Source of the DNA: Deltaproteobacteria bacterium
GTDB lineage: Bacteria; Myxococcota_A; Polyangia; Polyangiales; Houyiibacteriaceae
Reading direction: 5' to 3'
Length of the DNA stretch: 17,466 nucleotides
NCBI GenBank assembly: GCA_034670305.1
Contig: JAXMNT010000088.1
Coordinates: forward strand, 1-17,466
Below, piece by piece: positions 8,247-15,615 of the stretch. Positions within the stretch are counted from its first letter, which is position 1. Every line of letters begins with the position of its first letter. The notes beneath the pieces were generated by a model that saw only the letters and a program-made list of their open reading frames with translations, did no database searches and was not told the origin of the DNA. Made by a program: the position numbers and the translations under genes.

Positions 8247-9551
8247 GTGGCGGTCGACCTCGAATCGATGCTGGGCAAGCTCAAGGGCGCGGACCTCGTG
8301 CAGGTGGAGGGCCGGGTGCGGGCCATCGTGGGTCTCGGGATCCGCGCGTCCGTGCCAGGAGTGCGGCTCGGAGAAGTCGTGTACATCGAGCGCCACGCAC
8401 TCGAACCACTCGGTGCCAAGGTCGTCGGCTTCATCGAAGACGACGCGATGTTGTTGCCGCTTGGCGATCCCGCGGGCGTCGGTCCGGACGATCGGGTCCG
8501 TCCAAGCGGTGGTGCGCTGACGATCGAAGTGGGGCCCGGGTTGCTCGGCCGGGTGCTCGACGGGCTCGGCCAACCGATCGACGGAGGTCCGCCGATCGAA
8601 GGGGCGACCTGGCCGGTGGTCGGGCGACCGCCGAACCCGATGACCCGGCCGCGGATCGAACGGGTCCTCTCCACGGGCGTGCGCGCCATCGACGCGCTCC
8701 TCACCGTGGGCGAAGGGCAGCGGGTGGGGCTCTTCGCCGGCAGCGGCGTCGGCAAGAGCACGTTGCTCGGACAGATCGCCCGTCAGGCGGACGCGGATGT
8801 GTTCGTGGTGTGTCTGATCGGCGAACGCGGCCGGGAGGTGCGGGAGTTCCTCGAAGACTGCCTCGGGGAAGAAGGACAAAAGCGCGGGGTGGTGGTGTGC
8901 GCGACGAGCGACGCCCCTGCGCTGGTCCGGCTCGAGAGCGCCTACGTCGCGACCGCGGTCGCCGAGTACTTCCGCGATCAAGGCAACCGGGTGCTGCTCC
9001 TGATGGACAGCGTCACCCGCTTCGCCCGCGCCGGCCGTGAGGTCGGCCTGGCCGCCGGAGAGCCGCCGGCACGCCGCGGGTACCCCCCGAGTGTGTTCGC
9101 GGCGTTGCCTGGACTCTTGGAACGCAGCGGCACCGCGGAGACTGGTTCGATCACCGCGTTCTACACGGTGCTGGTCGCCGGCGGCGACATGGAGGAGCCG
9201 GTGGCCGACGAAGTGCGCGGCATCCTCGACGGCCACGTGATCCTGGATCGGCAGCTCGGCGCGCGCGGTCGCTGGCCGGCCATCGACGTGCTGCAGAGCT
9301 TGAGCCGCGTCATGGATGCGGTGGCCACGACGGAGCACCAGCACGCCGCGCAAAAGCTCCGGGAGATGCTCGCGCTCTACGAATCGAAACGGGATCTCGT
9401 CTCGCTCGGCGCGTACCAGAAGGGCGCGGACCCGAAGCTCGACGACGTGCTCCAGCGCATCGACCGCATCGAAGCGTTCCTGCGCCAGGACCGCAGCCTG
9501 GCGGTGCCGTTCGAAGAGACCGTGCACGCCCTCGCCGCACTGATTCGCTGA
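8247..9551 (+). CDS. sctN: FliI/YscN (SctN) family type III export ATPase
   Basis: Walker A FAGSGVGKST, LIGERGREVREF, Walker B LLLMDSVTRFARA, GEPPARRGYPPSVF, DEVRGILDGH and WPAIDVLQSLSRVM. The ARRGYPPS form is closer to SctN than to flagellar FliI. Confidence 0.92.
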   Translation: MAVDLESMLGKLKGADLVQVEGRVRAIVGLGIRASVPGVRLGEVVYIERHALEPLGAKVVGFIEDDAMLLPLGDPAGVGPDDRVRPSGGALTIEVGPGLLGRVLDGLGQPIDGGPPIEGATWPVVGRPPNPMTRPRIERVLSTGVRAIDALLTVGEGQRVGLFAGSGVGKSTLLGQIARQADADVFVVCLIGERGREVREFLEDCLGEEGQKRGVVVCATSDAPALVRLESAYVATAVAEYFRDQGNRVLLLMDSVTRFARAGREVGLAAGEPPARRGYPPSVFAALPGLLERSGTAETGSITAFYTVLVAGGDMEEPVADEVRGILDGHVILDRQLGARGRWPAIDVLQSLSRVMDAVATTEHQHAAQKLREMLALYESKRDLVSLGAYQKGADPKLDDVLQRIDRIEAFLRQDRSLAVPFEETVHALAALIR

Positions 9552-9558
9552 CACGGTC

Positions 9559-9721
9559 GCGGAAGCAAACGCGGAAGCGGACGCGGAAGCCGACACGGAA
9601 GCCGAAAGCGGACGCGGAAGCCGAAGCGGAAGCCGACGCGGAAGCCGACGCGGAAGCGGACGCGGACCCGGAAGCGGACGCGGAAGCGGAGCCGGAAGCG
9701 GAGGCGAAAGCGGACGCGGAA
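9559..9721. repeat. Intergenic tandem hexamer array, consensus GCSGAM, 27 units
   Basis: 8 units (9559-9606), a single extra A (9607), then 19 units (9608-9721), e.g. GCGGAA GCGGAC GCGGAA GCCGAC. Confidence 0.95.
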
Positions 9722-9784
9722 GGACCGGTCGACACCACTGCTTCGGGGCGGGCGTTTGGGGTGGAACGTGGCATGGTGCCGCGC

Positions 9785-10861
9785 ATGCCGAACTTCGATG
9801 AAGACATCGTGATCGTGGGTGGTGGGCTGGCTGGATTGAGCCTCGCGGTGCACCTGCACCAGCGCGGCGTCACCCGCTCGGTGCGGATCCTCGAGGCCCG
9901 CACCCGCTACGTGCCCGACCGCACCTGGTGCGGCTTCGAGGTGCAGCCCCATCCCTTCAGCGACTGCATTCACCAGCGCTGGTCGAAGGTTCGGATCCAG
10001 CATCAGAAGACGGTCGAGGCCAAGACGCCGGTGCCCTACGCGCACATCGACGCGGAAGACTTCTACAGCGCCGCCCACGAACGTTCGGCCGCCACCCTGG
10101 ATCGCGGCGTGCGGGTGTTCTCGATCGAAGAGCGCGCCGGCTTCGTGCACCTCGAGACCAACGCGGGCGAGCTGCGCGCGCGGCAGGTGTTCGATGCCCG
10201 TCCGCCGAAGGCGCGGCCCACGGCCGGATTCACCCAGCGGTTTCGCGGATGGTTCGTGCGCACCGAACGGCCCCTCTTCGATCCGAACGTCGCCACCCTG
10301 ATGGAGTTCGTACCCGGCGCGCGCGAGCCGCACTTCTTCTATCAGCTCCCGTTCTCTCCCCACCGCGCGCTGATCGAAGACACCTGGTTCACCCGCGGCA
10401 ACCCCGCGTTCGACGAGGCGTGTCTCGACGCACGTCTGCCCGGCGGCTACGAGATCGAACGGGTCGAAGAGGGTGCGATCCCCATGCATCTGTTCGATCC
10501 GCAGGACACCGACCGGGTCCGGCGCATCGGGCTGGCGGGCGGCGTGGCCCGACCCTCCACCGGCTACGCCTTCGATTCGATTCAGCGTCACTCCGCGGCG
10601 ATCGCCGACGCGCTCTCGCGCAACCTCCCGCCCCCCCGCCACACGCGGTCGAACTTCCTCGACGCGGTGTTCTTGCGGGTCCTCGCGGAACACCCCGAGC
10701 GGGGCGCCGAGATCCTGTTCCGGCTCTTCGACCGCAACCCGCCGGCGCGCTGGGTTCGTTTCCTCACCGAGACCGGTCGTCCGCTCGACCATCTCGGCGT
10801 GATGGCCAGCCTGCCGAAGGTGCCGTTTGTCCGGGCAGCCCTGCAGGAAGTCATCGCCTAG
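9785..10861 (+). CDS. crtY: Lycopene cyclase family protein (CrtY/CrtL-type flavoprotein)
   Basis: FAD motif IVIVGGGLAGLSLA, DRTWCGF, TLMEF, FFYQLPFS, LIEDTWF (catalytic Glu region), EEGAIPM and IGLAGGVARPSTGYAF. Alternative starts at 9761 and 9773. Confidence 0.88.
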   Translation: MPNFDEDIVIVGGGLAGLSLAVHLHQRGVTRSVRILEARTRYVPDRTWCGFEVQPHPFSDCIHQRWSKVRIQHQKTVEAKTPVPYAHIDAEDFYSAAHERSAATLDRGVRVFSIEERAGFVHLETNAGELRARQVFDARPPKARPTAGFTQRFRGWFVRTERPLFDPNVATLMEFVPGAREPHFFYQLPFSPHRALIEDTWFTRGNPAFDEACLDARLPGGYEIERVEEGAIPMHLFDPQDTDRVRRIGLAGGVARPSTGYAFDSIQRHSAAIADALSRNLPPPRHTRSNFLDAVFLRVLAEHPERGAEILFRLFDRNPPARWVRFLTETGRPLDHLGVMASLPKVPFVRAALQEVIA

Positions 10862-10869
10862 AATTCGTC

Positions 10870-11832
10870 GTGCGAAACTTCTTCGACGGCGCCATCTGGC
10901 CTCTGGGACGCAAGCTCGATCCGAAACCCGAGCGCACGTCCGAGCAACGCAAACCGGACTGGGTCCAGGCCAACCCGCGGTTCATCGCACGAGCGACCGA
11001 ACACGCGATGGCGCGCAGCGGAGGCGGCTGGGTCGCGCTCGCGGCGTCGGCTGCGGTGACGAGCACGCCGCAACGGCGCCGCATCCTCGACGCGGACTGG
11101 GTGGTCTACCGCCAGCCGAGCGGCGCGGTGGTGGTCGCGCCCAACGCGTGCCCGCACATGGGCGCGGCGCTGCACACCTCGAAGGTGGTCGACGGACGAC
11201 TCGTGTGTCCATGGCATGGCCTCTCGCTCGGTGCCGAGTGCCGCGGCAGCTACACCCCGAAGCCCACCCACGACGACGGGTCGTTGGTCTGGGCGCAGAT
11301 GCTCTCGGACGAGACGCCTGGCGACCCACCGGTCTTCGACCGGCCGAGCGGTGCGGTGGCGGCGGTCATCGAAGAGGAGGCGCGCTGCGAACCGCGCGAT
11401 GTGGTCTCCAACCGGCTCGACCCATGGCACGGGCCCCACTACCACCCGCACTCGTTCGCGCGCCTCGAGGTGCTCGACGCGACGCTCGAGCGGCTGCTCG
11501 TCCGGGTGGCGTTCCGGGTCGCCGGACCGATCTGCGTGGAGGTCGACTGCATCTTCTTCGCGCCCACGCCCCGTTCGGTGGTCATGAAGATCGTGGAGGG
11601 CGAAGGGGCCGGCAGCGTGGTCGAAACGCACGCGACCCCCATCGCGCCTGGGCGCACGGGGATCCTCGAACTGACGTTGGCGACCAGCGACCGGCCCGGG
11701 TTTGCGATCGCGCGCCGGCTGCAGCCCGTCGTGCAGGCGTTCATCCGGCGCCGCGCCTCTCGGCTCTGGGCAGAGGATGCGGTCTACGCCGAACGGCGCT
11801 TTGCCCTGAGACAGACCGCCAAGACACGCTGA
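10870..11832 (+). CDS. Rieske [2Fe-2S] protein, DUF5914/CrtV-like, carotenoid-cluster associated
   Basis: Rieske ligands CPHMGA...CPWHG and a mononuclear-iron-like motif NRLDPWHGPHYH, plus GEGAGSVVETHATP. GTG 8 nt after the crtY stop. This is the real C-terminal part of track ORF 9928..11832. Confidence 0.82.
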   Translation: MRNFFDGAIWPLGRKLDPKPERTSEQRKPDWVQANPRFIARATEHAMARSGGGWVALAASAAVTSTPQRRRILDADWVVYRQPSGAVVVAPNACPHMGAALHTSKVVDGRLVCPWHGLSLGAECRGSYTPKPTHDDGSLVWAQMLSDETPGDPPVFDRPSGAVAAVIEEEARCEPRDVVSNRLDPWHGPHYHPHSFARLEVLDATLERLLVRVAFRVAGPICVEVDCIFFAPTPRSVVMKIVEGEGAGSVVETHATPIAPGRTGILELTLATSDRPGFAIARRLQPVVQAFIRRRASRLWAEDAVYAERRFALRQTAKTR

Positions 11833-11888
11833 ACTCCTGTTGTCCGAGGGGATGGGCGCATCCCCCTCCCCAACTCCAGCGCGCAGTT

Positions 11889-12917
11889 CTAGCCGGTGGC
11901 GGAGTCGGGTTTGGCTCTGCCGGGCGGCACGCTCGGGCGGGTCCCGCTCTCGAGTGGCACCTGATCGTCGTAGGTGTCGTGCCGCGATTCCTGGTCCTCG
12001 AGCGTCGGTACCTTGCGCTTGCGCGCGAAGTCGCCCGAGTCCGCCATGAGTGGGCGCGCCATGCCGGCCGCGGGCGTCATGCCGACCGTGGCGAGCGCGC
12101 GAATGAAGTCGCCGCAGCCCGCCGGTCGTTCGTTGGGATCACGCGAGAGGACGCGGCGGAAGAGCTCGTCGACGATCGGGTGCACCCGCTCCGAACACAT
12201 CGTGCTGATCCGGGGCGCGTCCTCGTGGACCTTCGCGCGCATCAACTCCATCAAGGACGCGCGGTGAAACGGAAGCCGTCCCGAGAACAGTTCGTAGGCG
12301 ACGACCCCGAACGAGTAGATGTCGCCGGCCGGGGTCCCTTTGCTCGATGCGAACTCGGGCGGCAGGTAGTAGGGGGTGCCGACGATGACGCCGGCGCTGG
12401 TGTACGAAACTCCCTGGAGTACGCGGGCGAGGCCGAAGTCGATGATGAGCACCCGCTCCTCGCCGTCGTCCGAGACACTCGCGAAGAGGTTGTCGGGTTT
12501 GATGTCTCGATGTACGAGTCCGCGCCCGTGCAGCATGTCGAGCGCGTCGGCGACGCCCTCGAGCAGACGCACCACCTCCGGCAAGGGCAGGCTACCGACC
12601 TGCTCCAGCAGATCCTCGAGGGTGCGGCCGAAGAGGCGCGGCATCACCATGTACGGTCGGCCGTCCGCGAGCGTTCCGATGTCGAACACCTCGACGAGGT
12701 TCGGATGCGACTTGGACGCGAGAATGCGCGCCTCGCTCAGGAACCGGCGCACGGAGTTCGGTTTGAGAGAGACTTCCGGCTTGATGATCTTGATCGCTAC
12801 TTCGCGACCGAGTCCCAGGTGCTCTGCGAGCCACACGTCCGCCATGCCGCCGCTCCCGAGCGGGCTGCGCAGCACGTATCGGTCGTTGATCCGCTGCCCT
12901 GGCCGGAGGTTCGACAC
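11889..12917 (-). CDS. Cytoplasmic Hanks-type Ser/Thr protein kinase
   Basis: GSGGMADV, VAIK, FLSEAR, HRDIKPDN, DFGLAR, GTPYYLPPE and DIYSFG. No transmembrane helix; short disordered tail. Confidence 0.93.
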   Translation of the reverse strand: MSNLRPGQRINDRYVLRSPLGSGGMADVWLAEHLGLGREVAIKIIKPEVSLKPNSVRRFLSEARILASKSHPNLVEVFDIGTLADGRPYMVMPRLFGRTLEDLLEQVGSLPLPEVVRLLEGVADALDMLHGRGLVHRDIKPDNLFASVSDDGEERVLIIDFGLARVLQGVSYTSAGVIVGTPYYLPPEFASSKGTPAGDIYSFGVVAYELFSGRLPFHRASLMELMRAKVHEDAPRISTMCSERVHPIVDELFRRVLSRDPNERPAGCGDFIRALATVGMTPAAGMARPLMADSGDFARKRKVPTLEDQESRHDTYDDQVPLESGTRPSVPPGRAKPDSATG

Positions 12918-12923
12918 CGCTCT

Positions 12924-12932
12924 GTTGTAGCA
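12924..12932 (-). promoter_or_regulatory. Putative extended -10 element (TGcTACAAC), leaderless promoter
   Basis: The minus strand reads TGC-TACAAC-agagcg-GTG, within a relatively AT-rich intergenic region. Confidence 0.45.
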
Positions 12933-13091
12933 GACGAACCCAGCGCTCAGCGGACAAACGGGAAATCAAAGACCGTTTCTTTCGAAGTTCTGCGGACAAT
13001 GGAATCGTCCATGAAAACGTGCCGCCTGCGCAGGAAAACTCCGTCTGTGCTGTCAGGCCGTCGGTGGACGTGTGGGTTCCGGCCGGCTTCG

Positions 13092-14522
13092 CTACTCGAA
13101 GAGCGTCCAGCCGGCGGTCCAGTCCTCGCCGTCGGGGTCGACCGCGCCCAGGTAGTCGGTCGGTTCGAACGCCTCTGGAAGCGTGGCTGCGCCGGTGCCC
13201 GCTGCCGCGCTGGGACGAAAGTTCGGTGCCTCGAGGACATCGCGCGTGAGGGCGGGATCGAGCCCGGTCGCACCCACGCGGTTGCCGAACGCGGGTGGGC
13301 CGTACGCGCGCTCGACCTCCGGCTCGCGTGCGAAGTCGCCGGCGACGTTCGCGAGCACCCCTTCGAGCAAGAGCGATTCTTCGAGCCACCCAGGGTAGCG
13401 GAGGGTGCCATCGAAGACGTGGACCACTTCCTCGAACCCTTCCACGAGGACGTTGTAGGCGAAGATGCCTGCGGCGCTGGTCATGTAGATGGCCTCCGCG
13501 TCGTTTCGCCGTCCGCTGATGAGCGTGACGTTGGCCACGGTCGCGTGTCCGAGCGGCACGTGCCGCCGGCGGCCTTCGATGCCGGACTCGTCGTTGTCCG
13601 AGGTGTTGTGGCCGATCCAGTATTGGCCACGACCCGCCCACCCGAAGTCGAGGTTGTACGCCTGGCCGACCGGCACTTCGGTGACGACGAGGTGCTCGAG
13701 CGTGACTTCGCCGCCGTACACGCCGAGTCCATCGTGGTTCGCGCGGTGCACGTGCACGAAGTCCACCTCGGTCTGCGTGCCACACCCCGCGAGCAAGAGC
13801 GGGTGCACATTCACCGGCAGCACGAGGCGGTTGGCGCGGCCGGCGTGGCGAATGCGGACGAAGCGCAGCGTGCCGCAGTCGTGCGTCGCGTCGTCTCCGC
13901 CAAACCCCATGCGTCCATCGGCGAACGCCTCGATGTCCCGTTCGTCGCCTTGGTAGTCGTCCGGACGATCCGCGGTGACCCCCACGAGCGGTGCGGCGCC
14001 CAGCATGAACACGCCCGCCCAGGCACCCCGCGTCGGTCCATCGAACGTGATCGGGAGCGCTTCGGTGCCCGCCGCCTCCAGCCGCGCCCCACGTTGCACG
14101 ATCAGCGCACCGCGGCTGCCCGCGTCGACCCACACGCCCGGTTCGATCGTCAACGTCGCGCCGGGGGCCACGTAGGTTTGGTCGGGCAGCGTCCAGTCGA
14201 ACGCGCAGCTCAAGGTCAGGTCGACCGCGACGAGATGGCCGAGTCCGTCGACCCGGTCCCCGATCTCCCGTTCGGGGCGCATGCACCTCGGAGGGCACGC
14301 GGCGCCGGGGTCGGGTTCGCAGGGCGGCCCGGTGTCGATGCCTGCGTCGGGGACGAAGGCATCGGTGCCCGCATCCTCTGCTTCGCCGCCGTCCAGTCGC
14401 TCGTCCGGATCGGCGAGCGGGGTGCAGGCGATGCTGAGGGCGCACCACACGGACCACACGGACCACACGCACGACCGCCGGCTGGGTCGTGCCCGTCGCA
14501 AGAGACTAGAAGCGCGCGCCAC
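13092..14522 (-). CDS. Putative lipoprotein with a right-handed beta-helix-like domain (GATLTIEPG...WTAGWT family)
   Basis: Basic N-region and lipobox-like LSIA|C, then a DGG/DAG linker. Family motifs YVAPGATLTIEPG, GARLEAAGTEALPITF, FGGDDATHDCGTLRFVRIRHAG and YLGAV...DWTAGWT. GTG start overlaps the upstream gene by 17 nt. Confidence 0.78.
   Translation of the reverse strand: MARASSLLRRARPSRRSCVWSVWSVWCALSIACTPLADPDERLDGGEAEDAGTDAFVPDAGIDTGPPCEPDPGAACPPRCMRPEREIGDRVDGLGHLVAVDLTLSCAFDWTLPDQTYVAPGATLTIEPGVWVDAGSRGALIVQRGARLEAAGTEALPITFDGPTRGAWAGVFMLGAAPLVGVTADRPDDYQGDERDIEAFADGRMGFGGDDATHDCGTLRFVRIRHAGRANRLVLPVNVHPLLLAGCGTQTEVDFVHVHRANHDGLGVYGGEVTLEHLVVTEVPVGQAYNLDFGWAGRGQYWIGHNTSDNDESGIEGRRRHVPLGHATVANVTLISGRRNDAEAIYMTSAAGIFAYNVLVEGFEEVVHVFDGTLRYPGWLEESLLLEGVLANVAGDFAREPEVERAYGPPAFGNRVGATGLDPALTRDVLEAPNFRPSAAAGTGAATLPEAFEPTDYLGAVDPDGEDWTAGWTLFE
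14444..14470. repeat. 3 x 9-bp tandem repeat ACCACACGS in the lipoprotein signal peptide
   Basis: ACCACACGG ACCACACGG ACCACACGC, encoding VWSVWSVW on the minus strand. Confidence 0.85.
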
Positions 14523-15552
14523 AGCGCAGACCTACGTCGCCAGGACCGGGTGCGCAGAACGCGCCGGCCTGTTCGTCCGCGTCCTGGTTGGCCCGCACCC
14601 CGAGCACGATGAGCAGCGCGCCGGCGACCGTCATCGCGCCGCCGAGCACGAGCGTCGCGACGGACGCGCGTTCGTTGCGCTGCGCCGCGGCATGTTCGTC
14701 GGCGCAGAGCTGGATCCGGGATTGTTCGGTGCTGATGCACGCGTCGCCGTTGAAGGTCTCGACGTGCGATTCGCGCAGACGAAACGTCACGAAGGACACG
14801 ACGCCACTCAGGAGCCCGAGACCGACCGCGACGCCGCCGAGTGCGGGAAGCACCGAGCGGTCGGGGGTGGGCGGATCGGCGACCACCGGGTCCGGCACGA
14901 CGACCACGTCGGGATCGGGCGCCGGATCCGGGTCCGGGTCCGGCGTGTCGACGACGGTCGGGATCGGGACGAGCCGCACCGACTCGCGCGCGAGGCTTCC
15001 GGCGGAGACGAAGACCTGTCGTTGCAACGGATGGTGGCCGTCCGCTTCGACTTCGACGAGCACGGTGCCGGGCAGCACCCGAACCGGCTCCTCGTGCGGG
15101 AGCGCCCCGATGTCGCGCCCATTGACCCGCAGGGTCGCGCCGGGCACCGAGCTGAGCACCGTGAGTCGGCCGAGTCGGGCATCGAAGCGCTGCAGCTCTT
15201 GCTCGAGCACAGTGCGCCGCTGGTCCACCCACGGATCCGCGCCCGGCGTGGCCAAGGTCTGTCGGAGGTGCGCTTCGGCATCGACCCAGCGCCCGAGCGC
15301 CGCCTCGGCCAACGCGATCTGCGCCAACGCCTGCAGCGATTGAGACACTTCGTAGGCCTGATGAAACAGCCCAAGCGCGTCTTCGTCGCGCGAGGCCTCT
15401 CGCAGGGCGATGCCCTGTTCCATCCAGCGCGCGAAGTCCTCTTCCGGTGTCGGTGCGGTGTCGGAGGGATCGTCCGGCTGGGCCCCCGCAGGCGCCGCCA
15501 GGGTCCACGCGGCGATGGCGACGGAGATCGCGAACGGGAGAGAGCGGAACAT
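14506..15552 (-). CDS. Secreted TPR + PEGA domain protein with a C-terminal hydrophobic helical hairpin
   Basis: Signal peptide ending APAGA. TPR-like helices (EQGIALRE...DEDALGLFHQAYE...LGRWVDAEAHL). PEGA domain GRLTVLSSVPGATLRVNGRDIG...PG...VEVEADG. Pro-Asp linker, two Gly-rich hydrophobic helices, and the terminus CGARF. Confidence 0.85.
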   Translation of the reverse strand: MFRSLPFAISVAIAAWTLAAPAGAQPDDPSDTAPTPEEDFARWMEQGIALREASRDEDALGLFHQAYEVSQSLQALAQIALAEAALGRWVDAEAHLRQTLATPGADPWVDQRRTVLEQELQRFDARLGRLTVLSSVPGATLRVNGRDIGALPHEEPVRVLPGTVLVEVEADGHHPLQRQVFVSAGSLARESVRLVPIPTVVDTPDPDPDPAPDPDVVVVPDPVVADPPTPDRSVLPALGGVAVGLGLLSGVVSFVTFRLRESHVETFNGDACISTEQSRIQLCADEHAAAQRNERASVATLVLGGAMTVAGALLIVLGVRANQDADEQAGAFCAPGPGDVGLRCGARF

Positions 15553-15615
15553 GCGTAGGACGGAGGTACCGCATGTGGGCCAGAACGGCCAGAGGGAGCC
15601 GAAGCGTCGACGCGC

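Noticed and set aside
5308-8520. 1070-aa plus-strand ORF (and the 974-aa ORF 4904..7828)
   Set aside because: Antisense or alternate-frame shadows of the SNF2 gene, as expected in high-GC DNA; no recognisable motifs.
8247-9551. F1 ATP synthase beta subunit
   Set aside because: The motifs (AGSGVGKS, GEPPARRGYPPS, DGHVIL) match the FliI/SctN branch, and no atp operon is present.
8100-9903. Minus-strand Ser-Ala repeat proteins (8100..9596 and 9310..9903)
   Set aside because: Translations of the hexamer array that run antisense to sctN and crtY.
9928-10869. N-terminal half of the 634-aa ORF as a fusion to the Rieske protein
   Set aside because: It is an alternate frame inside crtY with Arg/Pro-rich nonsense composition; the real gene most likely starts at GTG 10870.
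10827-14612. 1261-aa plus-strand ORF
   Set aside because: Overlaps the Rieske gene out of frame and runs antisense to the kinase and lipoprotein; Arg-rich and lacks domain signal.
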